Below, in pieces: positions 30,962-45,016 of a DNA stretch of 64,000 nt. The translations under genes and the position numbers were made by a program. Under the pieces are notes generated by a model. The model worked only from the letters and a program-made list of their open reading frames with translations. It had not been told where the DNA came from and made no database searches. Positions within the stretch are counted from its first letter, which is position 1. Every line of letters begins with the position of its first letter. This DNA comes from Shigella phage JK36: the sequence record MK962754.1. One strand, given 5' to 3'.

Positions 30962-31197
30962 TATAGTGTTCCGTATACACGAGTTGCTTCAACTAAACCG
31001 TCACTGCCTAATTTAAGGCTAGTAATCTGGTCACCATCTTTAGGATTAACAATTATGAGAAAAGAACGTGGAGATTCTTGAATAACACGTAATGTTGCAT
31101 CTTGGAAACGTTCAGACACTTTATTGATAAGTGCTTGAGCAAATTCTTTTACTTTAATCTGAAATTCGTGCACTGTAATTGGGTTTTCACTTAGCAT
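30961..31197 (-). CDS. hypothetical protein (78 aa)
   Basis: ORF, cd.x cluster. Confidence 0.5.
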   Translation of the reverse strand: MLSENPITVHEFQIKVKEFAQALINKVSERFQDATLRVIQESPRSFLIIVNPKDGDQITSLKLGSDGLVEATRVYGTL

Positions 31198-31255
31198 TTC
31201 GATTTCCTCATTTTGGTAGAGTCATCATATCACAACTCCACCAGGTTGTAAACCA

Positions 31256-31531
31256 TTAAATTGCTTTGCATTCAATTTTTTGTGTACCGAAATTGATATC
31301 ACATTGGATAACTAAATCGCCGTCAAGATCAAATACCACGATGACGTGTGCAGACCCAGGGAGAAGAGTAATAGCAATAGAATCTACTTGGTCTGGGAGC
31401 AAAGCATTGAGTACATGAGTTACTTGAGCATGAACTCTGAGTTCGGCTGCATTATCAAGCACTTCAAACATATTATTAGCAATAATCTGACTGAAGACTA
31501 CCTTTACAATTTCAGAATAAGTTGGGAACAT
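31256..31531 (-). CDS. hypothetical protein (91 aa)
   Basis: ORF, cd.x cluster. Confidence 0.5.
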   Translation of the reverse strand: MFPTYSEIVKVVFSQIIANNMFEVLDNAAELRVHAQVTHVLNALLPDQVDSIAITLLPGSAHVIVVFDLDGDLVIQCDINFGTQKIECKAI

Positions 31532-31538
31532 AATTACC

Positions 31539-31763
31539 TCAGTGCACAGTATTTACTTTAACTCGAACAACAAATCGCTCGGTTGGTTCACCTACAGGAA
31601 CAAACTCTACATGATATTCACCTTTGTAACGAGTATTCAGATCATTACGAATTCCTGCGAGTTTGTTGATTAATGTAGGACTCATATTAAGTCCCACTAG
31701 TTTACGAAGCATTTTGTATGCTTCATCTTCGATTTCATGATGTTTATCGTACATAGTTTTCAT
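31539..31763 (-). CDS. hypothetical protein (74 aa)
   Basis: ORF, cd.x cluster. Confidence 0.5.
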   Translation of the reverse strand: MKTMYDKHHEIEDEAYKMLRKLVGLNMSPTLINKLAGIRNDLNTRYKGEYHVEFVPVGEPTERFVVRVKVNTVH

Positions 31764-31935
31764 TTAACCATTCAATTGCCTGGTCGACGTTATCAAATAT
31801 ACCGCCGTCCAAACGTTCTTCATGCTCATAGTCCAGCACATCAATACCGAACTGTCCATTTACTAAAGGCCAGGCAACAAACAAATATTCTTTATGCTGT
31901 TCGATGGCCTCAATCACTTCATATAATCGTTTCAT
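31744..31935 (-). CDS. hypothetical protein (63 aa)
   Basis: ORF, cd.x cluster. Confidence 0.45.
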   Translation of the reverse strand: MKRLYEVIEAIEQHKEYLFVAWPLVNGQFGIDVLDYEHEERLDGGIFDNVDQAIEWLNENYVR

Positions 31936-33022
<1,087 letters not shown>

Positions 33023-33023
<1 letters not shown>

Positions 33024-33322
33024 TATTTTATTCCTAAGAAAATTTCAAGAATACGAATGTTATGCTCGCGCCGGTCTTTATTAATTTCAGCAACGTTTTT
33101 ATTAATTGACGTACTTCTAACGTTTGAAGAAATAAATTTAATCATATGACTTTTGAGTTGTTGCAAATCCAACCCTTTTTCTTTAGCAGCTTTACGAAGA
33201 GCTTTACCTGCTTCATCTAGTGCCTTTGCTGCATCTTTGTCATAATTGCCAAGTGACATTCCACGACAGATATCAATATACTCATCAGACCGTTTGATGT
33301 AATTCTCTAGTAATGTTTTCAT
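33023..33322 (-). CDS. hypothetical protein (99 aa)
   Basis: ORF. Confidence 0.5.
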
Positions 33323-33379
33323 TTAGATTTCCTCAATTATCCATAGGAGCATTATACTCTGCTCCTGAGAGTTTGTAAA

Positions 33380-33604
33380 CTATTTTACTAAAGATTCAAT
33401 ATACTCGTGAAGAGCTTTAGTCGCTACTGCCCACTTATTCTGATATTCATTTTTCAGATTAGCACGAGACTGAACTAACAATCGGTCATTAGTCGGAGGC
33501 AAAGATTCTAATCGTTGAATCTGGCGCCCATAAATCATAGCCGCCATTTCAGATTCATAGATAAGCCCTTTAATGTATTCATGCTGTTCTTTAGTCATTG
33601 GCAT
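33380..33604 (-). CDS. hypothetical protein (74 aa)
   Basis: ORF. Confidence 0.5.
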   Translation of the reverse strand: MPMTKEQHEYIKGLIYESEMAAMIYGRQIQRLESLPPTNDRLLVQSRANLKNEYQNKWAVATKALHEYIESLVK

Positions 33605-33885
33605 TTTTCCTCTTTTAAACCACTACGATAATAACATACCATAGTCTTCTGGTCATGTATATATCTTTTTACGTCGTTTAACCAGATACGAAATTCTTGA
33701 GAGTCTTCAAATGGCATTCCAACCCACGGATTACCATCAATAACCTTTACTTGCCATTTCTGGTTGTATTCGGAAATAGGCGTAGGCCATGAAGGATGTA
33801 AAGTTTCTTTAGGGCTTACTGGCACATCCTGAGTACATCCAACTAGGAGACCAATAGATAATACAGCCACAGTTAATTTAATCAT
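33595..33885 (-). CDS. outer-membrane spanin subunit (o-spanin lipoprotein), T4 PseT.2-like
   Basis: signal peptide with lipobox LVGC; 96 aa; immediately downstream of and overlapping the i-spanin candidate. Confidence 0.65.
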   Translation of the reverse strand: MIKLTVAVLSIGLLVGCTQDVPVSPKETLHPSWPTPISEYNQKWQVKVIDGNPWVGMPFEDSQEFRIWLNDVKRYIHDQKTMVCYYRSGLKEEKCQ

Positions 33886-34238
33886 TCTGAGAGCTTCCTG
33901 AGGTCTTCTGCAAAGGAATCGAAGGACCTGTTGATTTGTTTTTCGACCAATCCTGGCTTACTTGCCACCACGTTCTTCTTCTTCGAATCCTTACGGAGCT
34001 TTTCATTTTCGGCCTTAAGTTGGTCAACTAAAACACGGTTCTTATAAGTCATTTCTTCGATTGACTGATATTGAACCTTGAAGTCATCTAATACTTTAGC
34101 ATTGTTTTTAGCAGTCTCTTTGACAGAAGCTAATTCAGTATTCAACGAATCAACTTTGTTGTTTAAGACAACTATTGTTACCGTAGAAACTAGAGCAAAA
34201 GCTGCTACTATAGCGTAAATAGGATTTACTTTAAGCAT
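33882..34238 (-). CDS. inner-membrane spanin subunit (i-spanin), T4 PseT.3-like
   Basis: N-terminal transmembrane helix then coiled-coil-rich periplasmic domain; 118 aa. Confidence 0.65.
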   Translation of the reverse strand: MLKVNPIYAIVAAFALVSTVTIVVLNNKVDSLNTELASVKETAKNNAKVLDDFKVQYQSIEEMTYKNRVLVDQLKAENEKLRKDSKKKNVVASKPGLVEKQINRSFDSFAEDLRKLSE

Positions 34239-34768
34239 GTTTTAATAATCTCAATGATTTCATCTCGGGATAATCCATTGATAAGAATGGTTTTCAAACC
34301 ATCACACTGGATTTTGTACGATTCAAACAATACACACAACTCTTCTGCTGTATGATATGGACTTGAAATTCCGAGGCGGTTGAATTTGTCGGTAAGAGGG
34401 TCGCAAATAATATAGAATTTGATACCTGCGATATGTACGTTTGGTTGACTAATATTAATGAACACATTAGCGTCATATTTAGTCAAATTGTTTTGAAGAA
34501 ATTCTACCATAGCATTAACTGCTTCTGGCATCGCTTCGCGTTTCTCTTCAGCGTATCGGGTTGAATACTCTTTTTGTTTTACTTTCTTTTTAAGATTTTT
34601 GGCCAGTGTAACACGTAGGTCAGTAAGATAACCAACTGGACGTCCTTTCTTAAAGACCCGGATTCCGTCGGTTGTGTCTCCAAAAGCGTTTACGACCATA
34701 TCGTTAGTAATCAATTGCATATTCATAATTTTCTCCTCGTGTTGTTGATAAACCCATAGTATCACCAT
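34226..34768 (-). CDS. alc: probable Alc (inhibitor of host transcription); true start probably internal Met (about 165 aa)
   Basis: position between spanins and rnlA as in T4; size. Confidence 0.55.
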   Translation of the reverse strand: MVILWVYQQHEEKIMNMQLITNDMVVNAFGDTTDGIRVFKKGRPVGYLTDLRVTLAKNLKKKVKQKEYSTRYAEEKREAMPEAVNAMVEFLQNNLTKYDANVFINISQPNVHIAGIKFYIICDPLTDKFNRLGISSPYHTAEELCVLFESYKIQCDGLKTILINGLSRDEIIEIIKTCLK

Positions 34769-34787
34769 CCTTGGTGTTTGTAAACCG

Positions 34788-35921
<1,134 letters not shown>

Positions 35922-35967
35922 TCAGTTAGTTTTTTTAAATTGTACCACAATCCTTGTGGTATGTAAA

Positions 35968-36378
35968 CTACTTTTTCTTATGTTGGATATTCCAAGGCGG
36001 GTTGAACTTTTTGATAAAAAGCGGTTCTTCAAGGTCCATTGTTGCGATGGTCATTGAACCAAGTTCGTTGGTGACTGAAAGGTCAAAACATTGGCGGGCC
36101 CAGAATTCAACCTTTTTGCCTTGCATTAAGGCATCCAAAATCATAAGTGATTTTCTTGAATCTGAAGTCTGGTCTTTTCGATTTATGGCTGTTCGATAAT
36201 AGTTAATGCGTTTCTTTAAATTCTTGGTTTTACCAATATACACAAGTTCGTCATCTATAGCAATAGCATATATGACATTTTTCTTATTAGGGACATCAAC
36301 TGTTTTAATTGTTGCATCTTCTAATAGCTCCAATTCTGTATATTTAATAAAGGAATATTCGGCGGCGATATCTTTCAT
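35968..36378 (-). CDS. denA: endonuclease II
   Basis: 136 aa (same as T4); GIY-YIG-like IYAIAIDDELVYIGKT. Confidence 0.85.
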   Translation of the reverse strand: MKDIAAEYSFIKYTELELLEDATIKTVDVPNKKNVIYAIAIDDELVYIGKTKNLKKRINYYRTAINRKDQTSDSRKSLMILDALMQGKKVEFWARQCFDLSVTNELGSMTIATMDLEEPLFIKKFNPPWNIQHKKK

Positions 36379-36404
36379 AATAAAGTGGGACCGAAGTCCC
36401 GTCC

Positions 36405-37595
36405 TTAGAAATATTTTTTGTATGAATTGATTACATTTTGGTCTACATCATTATCAATTTGTGCGACAAGATAAGAACTTATTTCAACTTCTTGTGGGGC
36501 TGCTTGAACCAAATCAGAGTTCAAATACTCACGAATCCATGGAATAGGATGACGAGTTGATACGTCTTTAAGAGGACATGGCAGACCACAACTACGCATA
36601 CGAGACACGGTAAGATAATCCACAAATTCACTTAGGATTTTAACATTTAGACCTGGAAGAGCACCATCTTTAAACAAGTGTTCAGCCCATTCTTTTTCTT
36701 GAGCGTTAACTTCCATGAAAATATCAACTGCTTCTTGTTCACACTCTTGAGCAATTTTGACCCATTCATCACCGTCTTCGCCATCTTGTAAAGCACGAAT
36801 AATATATTGAGTGCCCTTGAGGTGGAGCTGTTCATCACGAGCAATGAACTTCATAATCTTGGCATTACCTTCCATGATTTCCATATTCTTGTGGAAGTTA
36901 AAGGTGCATGCGAAAGATACATAAAAACGAATAGCTTCTAAGGCATTAATAACGTGCAAACAGAGGTAAAGAGATTTCATTAGCTCACGCTTCCAATATG
37001 TCTCATGCTCAATAGCATCTTCAATAACGTCTTCGTCTGCATTAATTTCTTTTTGGTATTCGATATCAGCTTTAGCGTTTTCCCAATAACGAGCTTTAAC
37101 CAGAACATCATCATAATATCGTCCGATAGATTCGGCACGCTTCATAATAGCTTCATCTAATACAATCTCATCAAACACCTTCGATGGATCTGTATAAAGA
37201 TTTCGCATAATATGAGTATATGAACGAGAGTGAATAGTTTCACTGAAAGTCCATGTAGCAACCCATGTATCTAATGAAGGGTCTGAAAGCAATGACATAA
37301 GTACCGCAGATGGTGCTCTACCTTGGATAGAATCTAATAATGATTGATACTTAAGGTTGTTGGTAAAGATGTCCTGTTGGAACTGTGGAAGCTTATTAAA
37401 CTGGGCCGAATCCAACATCAAGTTTACTTCCTCGGGACGCCAAAAGAACGAGAGCTGCTTTTCGATAAGCTCTTCAAAAACTTTATGACGCTGAATATCA
37501 TACCGTGCGAGGCCAAGACCAGAACCAAAGAACATCGGTTCATTCAAAACATCGACTTGTTGTGTGTTAAAAACTGTACTCATTATATTTCTCAC
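36405..37595 (-). CDS. nrdB: ribonucleotide reductase small subunit (uninterrupted, no intron)
   Basis: 396 aa continuous ORF. Confidence 0.9.
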   Translation of the reverse strand: MRNIMSTVFNTQQVDVLNEPMFFGSGLGLARYDIQRHKVFEELIEKQLSFFWRPEEVNLMLDSAQFNKLPQFQQDIFTNNLKYQSLLDSIQGRAPSAVLMSLLSDPSLDTWVATWTFSETIHSRSYTHIMRNLYTDPSKVFDEIVLDEAIMKRAESIGRYYDDVLVKARYWENAKADIEYQKEINADEDVIEDAIEHETYWKRELMKSLYLCLHVINALEAIRFYVSFACTFNFHKNMEIMEGNAKIMKFIARDEQLHLKGTQYIIRALQDGEDGDEWVKIAQECEQEAVDIFMEVNAQEKEWAEHLFKDGALPGLNVKILSEFVDYLTVSRMRSCGLPCPLKDVSTRHPIPWIREYLNSDLVQAAPQEVEISSYLVAQIDNDVDQNVINSYKKYF

Positions 37596-37637
37596 TTAGT
37601 TATTAACTCATCCATGAGTAAATTATAATAAAAAGTC

Positions 37638-39893
37638 TTAAAGCTTACAAGCAGAACAATCTTCTGCTTTAGGTGTTTCTAATTCATAGTCGTCTGTACC
37701 AGACCCATCACGAGTGTTATGATAGTAGAGGTTTTTTCCGCCAAAGTACCAGAAGTAAAGCAGATCGTCAAGCATTACTGACATTGGCACTTTACCTTTC
37801 TCAAATACTGCAGGGTCATAGTAAGTATTAGCAGAAGCAGATTGGCACACCCATTTCAACATGATAGCAACTTGGGTCAAATAAGGTTTATTACCTTTCT
37901 TAGCAAGTTTCCACGCGTAGTCGTAAAGACCCATGTTATGTTCGATATTAGGAACAACCTGACGGAAGTTGCCTTCTTTAGATTCTTTAATACTCACTGG
38001 ACCACGCGGCGGTTCAATCCCGTTTGTAGAGTTTGATACTTGACTGCTTGACTCACAAGGCATGAGTGCAGACAACGTTGAGTTACGAATTCCATGTTCT
38101 TTGAGTTCAGCTCGAAGTTCTTCCCAATCACATACGTAGTTCGGGGCTGCGATTTGGTCAATCTTTTTATTGTACCAGTCAATAGGTAATTCGCCTCTAG
38201 ACCATTTAGTGTCTGAATAATACTCGCAACATCCTTTTTCTTTGGCGAGTTTGATTGATGCTTTGATAAGGCCATATTGCAATCTCTCAAACAATTCATG
38301 AGTCAAATCGTTAGCGTCTTCATATGAAGCAAAGTTAGAAGCTAACCATGCGGCATAGTTCGTAACACCAACACCGAGGTTTCGACGCTTTTTAGCTTTT
38401 AAAGCTTCTGGAACCGGATAATCTTGATAGTCTAACAGGTTATCAAGTGCACGTACTTGTACTTCAGCAAGTTCATTAATTTTATCTTGGTCTTGCCAAT
38501 CAAATTTATCTAATACAAAGGCAGATAACGTGCATAAACCAATTTCAGCATCAGGACCATTCACATCATTAGTTGGAATAGCGATTTCACAACATAAGTT
38601 ACTCTGACGAATTGGAGCTTTTTCACGAATAAATGGAGTGTAGTTGTTCGTGTTATCAACAAACTGTGGATAAATTCGAGCAGTGCCAGAACGTTCAGTC
38701 ATGAACAATTCAAAGAGTTCTAGTGCTTTGATTCTTTTCTTTCTGATTGTCGGGTCTTTTTCAGCTTTCTCATAAAGCTCACGGAATTTATCTTGATCTT
38801 CAAAGAACGAGTAGTATAGTTCGCCTGACATTTCGTGAGGGCTAAATAAAGTAATATAATCATTTTTACCAAGGCGTTCCATCATAAGGTCATTAATCTG
38901 AATTCCGTAGTCCATATGTCGAATACGGTTTTCATCCACGCCTTTGTTATTTTTCAGAACTAATAGGTTCTCTACTTCTAAGTGCCACATCGGATAATAC
39001 GCTGTAGCAGCACCACCACGAATACCACCTTGAGAACAAGATTTTACTGCAGTTTGGAAATGTTTCCAGAATGGAATAACACCCGTATGTCGAACTTCAC
39101 CCATACCGATCTTAGAACCTTCTGCACGAAGCATACCAACGTTGATACCAATACCAGCTCGTTTAGAAATATATTCAATAATTGATGCTGAAGTTTTGTT
39201 AATAGATTTTAACGAATCACCGGCTTCAATAACTACACAACTAGAGAACTGGCGAGTTGGAGTACGAGCACCTGCCATAATTGGGGTTGGCAATGAAACT
39301 TGATGAGTAGAAACGGCATCATAAAAACGAATAATATGTTTCAAACGGTCATGAGTTTCGTCTTGGTGTAAGGCCATGCCAATAGCCATGATAGCAAACT
39401 GGGGAGTTTCATAAATCTTCCCAGTTGTTTTATCTTTAACTAGATATTTTTCTTTAAGCTGCATAGCACCAGCATAAGTCAGGTCAAAGTCTCGTTCATG
39501 TTTAATCTGTGAATCGAGATAAATGATTTCTTCTGCTGAATATTGAGACAACAGCTCAGGGTCATATTTGCCTTCATTAACACAATAAGAAATATGGTCG
39601 ATAAAAGCAGGCGGTTCAAACTGCCCATATACATCTTTACGAAGTGCAAACATTAGCCCTTTGGCGGCGACATACTGATAATCAGGTTCTTCGACAGAAA
39701 TCGAGTTAGCTGCAACTTTAATACAAATCTTCTGGATATCTTTGGTGCTCATCCCGTCGACAAGATGGGTCTTAATTTCTTCATACAATTCATATGGGTC
39801 AATTTGTGTTCCTTCACATTGCCAAGTTAAGACTTGAATAATTTTCTGTGCATCAAAATTTTGTGATACACCACTGCTCTTAGTTACTTGCAT
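37638..39893 (-). CDS. nrdA: ribonucleotide reductase large subunit
   Basis: 751 aa; class I RNR active-site region NLCCEI. Confidence 0.92.
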   Translation of the reverse strand: MQVTKSSGVSQNFDAQKIIQVLTWQCEGTQIDPYELYEEIKTHLVDGMSTKDIQKICIKVAANSISVEEPDYQYVAAKGLMFALRKDVYGQFEPPAFIDHISYCVNEGKYDPELLSQYSAEEIIYLDSQIKHERDFDLTYAGAMQLKEKYLVKDKTTGKIYETPQFAIMAIGMALHQDETHDRLKHIIRFYDAVSTHQVSLPTPIMAGARTPTRQFSSCVVIEAGDSLKSINKTSASIIEYISKRAGIGINVGMLRAEGSKIGMGEVRHTGVIPFWKHFQTAVKSCSQGGIRGGAATAYYPMWHLEVENLLVLKNNKGVDENRIRHMDYGIQINDLMMERLGKNDYITLFSPHEMSGELYYSFFEDQDKFRELYEKAEKDPTIRKKRIKALELFELFMTERSGTARIYPQFVDNTNNYTPFIREKAPIRQSNLCCEIAIPTNDVNGPDAEIGLCTLSAFVLDKFDWQDQDKINELAEVQVRALDNLLDYQDYPVPEALKAKKRRNLGVGVTNYAAWLASNFASYEDANDLTHELFERLQYGLIKASIKLAKEKGCCEYYSDTKWSRGELPIDWYNKKIDQIAAPNYVCDWEELRAELKEHGIRNSTLSALMPCESSSQVSNSTNGIEPPRGPVSIKESKEGNFRQVVPNIEHNMGLYDYAWKLAKKGNKPYLTQVAIMLKWVCQSASANTYYDPAVFEKGKVPMSVMLDDLLYFWYFGGKNLYYHNTRDGSGTDDYELETPKAEDCSACKL

Positions 39894-39980
39894 ATATTCC
39901 TCAGTATAGGTTGATAGACATTACTCCAAACGGGATAGTATTTATCCCGTTAATTTATTATACACTTTTAAACTGAAGCG

Positions 39981-40235
39981 TTAATTATCCTCAGCAATAA
40001 TTTCTTCGTATTCTTTAGGTGTCAAGACTGTGATATTGAAATAAACCAACGGTTCTTTTTCTATACCGAATCCACCACAGAATTCACGATATTCATAAAT
40101 TCGTTCATGTGAATAACAAATGAATCGTTCACCTTTAACTGTGATTTCACTATTCGGTGAAGGGATATCCAGTTCACTTGGATTTTTCATTTCAAAAATT
40201 GTGGTGCCATATGAATTAATAAAACGTAAAATCAT
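39981..40235 (-). CDS. hypothetical protein (84 aa)
   Basis: ORF between td and nrdA. Confidence 0.5.
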   Translation of the reverse strand: MILRFINSYGTTIFEMKNPSELDIPSPNSEITVKGERFICYSHERIYEYREFCGGFGIEKEPLVYFNITVLTPKEYEEIIAEDN

Positions 40236-40236
40236 T

Positions 40237-41922
<1,686 letters not shown>

Positions 41923-41924
41923 AA

Positions 41925-42236
41925 TTATTTCCTCAGATTTTTCTTAACAACTTTCCAATCGGCTTTGAACATTTCAACATCAGAGTGGCAAATCCAGAAT
42001 CCTGCACTTTCACCATCTTCGTAGAGTGGACATCCATCACATTCTTCGTTCCAACCCATTTCGCGTAAAGCTTCTTCAGCTTGTTCAAGGAGTTCAGCAT
42101 CTTTACCAACGATGTTGAAGTACCATTTACCTCTAACTTCAGAATCTTTGATGCTCTGACGTTGCAATCTCATTTTATTCTCCTTCACTTTTGATTTGAT
42201 AGGGCTACTATAACATAACCCTATCTGATTGTACAC
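41925..42236 (-). CDS. hypothetical protein (103 aa)
   Basis: ORF, frd.x cluster. Confidence 0.5.
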   Translation of the reverse strand: MYNQIGLCYSSPIKSKVKENKMRLQRQSIKDSEVRGKWYFNIVGKDAELLEQAEEALREMGWNEECDGCPLYEDGESAGFWICHSDVEMFKADWKVVKKNLRK

Positions 42237-42628
42237 TACTTTTTAAAAGTTTTTTGCAAAAGTTCGATGATTTCGTCGACGTTGGTTTCATCTACGATAC
42301 AATGGATTTTTGTTACACCTAAAGCTATACCTTCGTTAGTAGGTTGAGGCTTTACTATATCTACCTCAGTAAAGTATTTGAACTCGTCAGGATAAATCTC
42401 AAAATAAGTTTCAATTTCACCACCGGCAGAACATACAGTACCATCTTCCATAGTTACACTTAATACGTTTGACGTATCGCTATCATAATCAGGTTCCATT
42501 CCGTTTACAACAAAACTAGGCCCGTGGAGTTCAATCAATTTTAACATCTTAGCGTTATTGTGTGGTGCTTCTTGAACAAAGTCATCTTTAAATAAAGGGT
42601 TAATGATATAAGATTTTCCGATTTCCAT
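42236..42628 (-). CDS. hypothetical protein (130 aa)
   Basis: ORF, frd.x cluster; early-type promoter upstream. Confidence 0.5.
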   Translation of the reverse strand: MEIGKSYIINPLFKDDFVQEAPHNNAKMLKLIELHGPSFVVNGMEPDYDSDTSNVLSVTMEDGTVCSAGGEIETYFEIYPDEFKYFTEVDIVKPQPTNEGIALGVTKIHCIVDETNVDEIIELLQKTFKK

Positions 42629-42710
42629 TTTGATTTCCTCATGTTGTTGATAGGTCTATACTAACACATCCAGGGAAGAAGTAAACAACTTTTTCGGCAA
42701 TTTACAGATA

Positions 42711-42735
42711 CTCAAAAGGGAGACCGAAGTCTCCC
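42711..42735 (-). terminator. terminator hairpin GGGAGACUUCGGUCUCCC + U-tract after gene 32
   Basis: minus-strand stem-loop followed by TTTTGAG. Confidence 0.7.
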
Positions 42736-42741
42736 AATTTA

Positions 42742-43644
42742 TTATAAACCAGCTAACAGGTCATCGAGGTCGCCATCATCAGAGGATGAGGTAGAGCTCA
42801 TGAAGTCATCTTCAGTTTTTGCAGAACTAAAGGCTTCCATGTCTTTATCAAAATCGTCAAGGTCAGAAGCAACTTTATCTGCAACAGAAGCTGCTGCGGC
42901 TGCTGCACCACCAAGAGCGGCAGTACCAAGAACCTTAGCGAAAGATTCATTTAATTTTTCAAAGGATTTGAACTGGTCTTTAGCCGTCAAAGTAGTAAGG
43001 TCTACCATCTGGTCATATAGTTCTTTCTGGAATGCTTCATCATTAATACGAGGAATTTCAGATTGACCCAAGAATTTAGATTCGTCATAGTTGCTAAAAC
43101 CGGAAACCTGCTTAGCTTTCAGAACGAAGTTGGCACCTTCAAACGGACAAGTAACATCAACTGGAGTTTCACCCATTTCGGTATCAACAGCAATCATTGC
43201 ATTGATTTTGTCCCAAATCTTTTTACCGAAACGATATTTAAATACTTTACCTTCGTTATCTGGAGCTTGAGGGTCTTTAACAACCAGAATATTAGCCCAA
43301 TAAGAAGTTTTACGTTTCAGTTGAGAATATTCATTTTTGTTGGTATTGTACAGGTCATTTTTACTAATGTACTGACATACAGGACAAGAGTCATAATCAC
43401 CATGTGTAGAAGAGCAATTTTCAATATACCATTTACCATTTTTCTTGAAACCGTGGTTAACAAGAATTGCAAATGGTAGTGCATCATCAGTTTTTGCTGG
43501 CAAGAAACGAATTACCGCTTGACCATTACCGGATGCATCTAGCTTCAGCTTCCATTCGCCTTTATCTTCTGAAGAGAAACCTTTGTTACCATTCAGTTTA
43601 GCCATTTGAGCAGCGAGGTCAGCAGTAGATTTACGTTTAAACAT
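42742..43644 (-). CDS. 32: single-stranded DNA-binding protein gp32
   Basis: 300 aa; acidic Ser/Asp-rich C-terminal tail; matches remembered T4 gp32. Confidence 0.93.
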   Translation of the reverse strand: MFKRKSTADLAAQMAKLNGNKGFSSEDKGEWKLKLDASGNGQAVIRFLPAKTDDALPFAILVNHGFKKNGKWYIENCSSTHGDYDSCPVCQYISKNDLYNTNKNEYSQLKRKTSYWANILVVKDPQAPDNEGKVFKYRFGKKIWDKINAMIAVDTEMGETPVDVTCPFEGANFVLKAKQVSGFSNYDESKFLGQSEIPRINDEAFQKELYDQMVDLTTLTAKDQFKSFEKLNESFAKVLGTAALGGAAAAAASVADKVASDLDDFDKDMEAFSSAKTEDDFMSSTSSSDDGDLDDLLAGL

Positions 43645-43762
43645 GGATTATTACCTTTTATTTAGATTATTTAATTTATTTACAGTTGGTTGCTACGACA
43701 CTTATACCTCGTAGCTGGTATGATTTATTTATAAAGTAATTTTAACACACAAGAAATAAAGC
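43645..43762 (-). promoter_or_regulatory. gene 32 leader: AU-rich translational operator (UAAAUAAAUUAAAUAAUCUAAAUAAAAGG), upstream stem GCUACG/CGUAGC, and a late-promoter-like TATAAATA
   Basis: sequence read on the minus strand; architecture matches the known T4 gene 32 autoregulatory leader. Confidence 0.55.
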
Positions 43763-44416
43763 TTAATACTTACATGATTTGATTGTTTCTATGAACAATT
43801 TCTTAGCAACATTTCCATCGATTTGAAGTATTTTTCGATATGCCTTTAATTTGGTAGAATAATTTTGCCAGACTAAGTTATCGGTGAGTTCGTCGTGCTT
43901 ATCTATAATATTCAAAAACGAGTCCAACAATAAGAAAGTTTCAAATGAAATTATATTGCTTTGTAGCAATTTAAATATGTAGCTCGACTGAACGTTGTTA
44001 TTATAATCAAATATCTCTTGAAGCGCACTAACTTCAACTTTCTTACTGAAATAGTAGATGTTACGTACGTCTTCAGCAAACGTCTCCTTGGCTTGTTTGA
44101 GACGTCCAATATATTCCCTATAGAAAACTAATGCATCAGCGTCTGATATCTCACCAATCCATGCGTCTTGGTTAGCAACTAAGTTGCTTATGAATATCAA
44201 GGTGAGTTCCTTCAATTTATATTTCTCTGCTAGTTTTTCAAAGAAATATTTATCTCGGCGTTTTTGATACGCATTATCCGAAACACGCATGCACCAGTTA
44301 TATTTGATTACGTCATACCGACCATTAAAATGTTGTTTGCACATCAAGTATAGTTTGTATACCGATTTTCCGTTAATATAACGTTCTCCATCAGGAGGCA
44401 TGCGTATTTTAATCAT
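43763..44416 (-). CDS. 59: helicase loader gp59
   Basis: 217 aa (same as T4). Confidence 0.88.
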   Translation of the reverse strand: MIKIRMPPDGERYINGKSVYKLYLMCKQHFNGRYDVIKYNWCMRVSDNAYQKRRDKYFFEKLAEKYKLKELTLIFISNLVANQDAWIGEISDADALVFYREYIGRLKQAKETFAEDVRNIYYFSKKVEVSALQEIFDYNNNVQSSYIFKLLQSNIISFETFLLLDSFLNIIDKHDELTDNLVWQNYSTKLKAYRKILQIDGNVAKKLFIETIKSCKY

Positions 44417-44751
44417 AATAAGAAATCTAACGTATTAGTTTTTTCGCCACGAGCAACTGATGGGCGAAGCATGTTTTCGTCAATTGCTTCGCTTGTAATT
44501 TTTTCAACAATTCCTGTAGGAATAAATTTAGCAAATTGTGTTTCTGGAATAGAATTTTCTTCCAAGAAAGCAGTTGTTGCTTCTAAATAAGACATACCAA
44601 ATTGTTCAACCATGGATTCGATAATGAATCCGTTTTCTTGCCGGTCAAGCAATTTAGCGATATCATCTTTATCGTGTTTTACTGCTAATTCTTGTTCAGA
44701 TAAACCGGCCTCATCAACCGGTTTAATATCACTTAGTGAAAACTGTGTCAT
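44413..44751 (-). CDS. 33: late transcription co-activator gp33
   Basis: 112 aa (same as T4). Confidence 0.88.
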   Translation of the reverse strand: MTQFSLSDIKPVDEAGLSEQELAVKHDKDDIAKLLDRQENGFIIESMVEQFGMSYLEATTAFLEENSIPETQFAKFIPTGIVEKITSEAIDENMLRPSVARGEKTNTLDFLL

Positions 44752-45016
44752 AAAGCTCGACTACCTCTTCGTTTTCAGCTTCAAATTGATCACGAGCGTC
44801 TTTATGATAAAGAGCTAACAAACGATTAAACATTTTTCCATCGACACCAAGCTCTTCTTTAGCACGAGTACGAATGTCTTTAATCAGTTCATTATAACCA
44901 GAAATTTTAAGTTTGTTATCGGAAGCTTCCTTGACTAGTTTAGCCAGTTCTTCACCATGCACATCTTGATTAAATTCAACTGCTTCTTTCTTAGCCATGT
45001 TTACCTCAGAATTCAT
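44729..45016 (-). CDS. dsbA: dsDNA-binding protein DsbA (start probably at internal Met, about 89 aa)
   Basis: position and size as in T4. Confidence 0.7.
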   Translation of the reverse strand: MNSEVNMAKKEAVEFNQDVHGEELAKLVKEASDNKLKISGYNELIKDIRTRAKEELGVDGKMFNRLLALYHKDARDQFEAENEEVVELYDTVFTK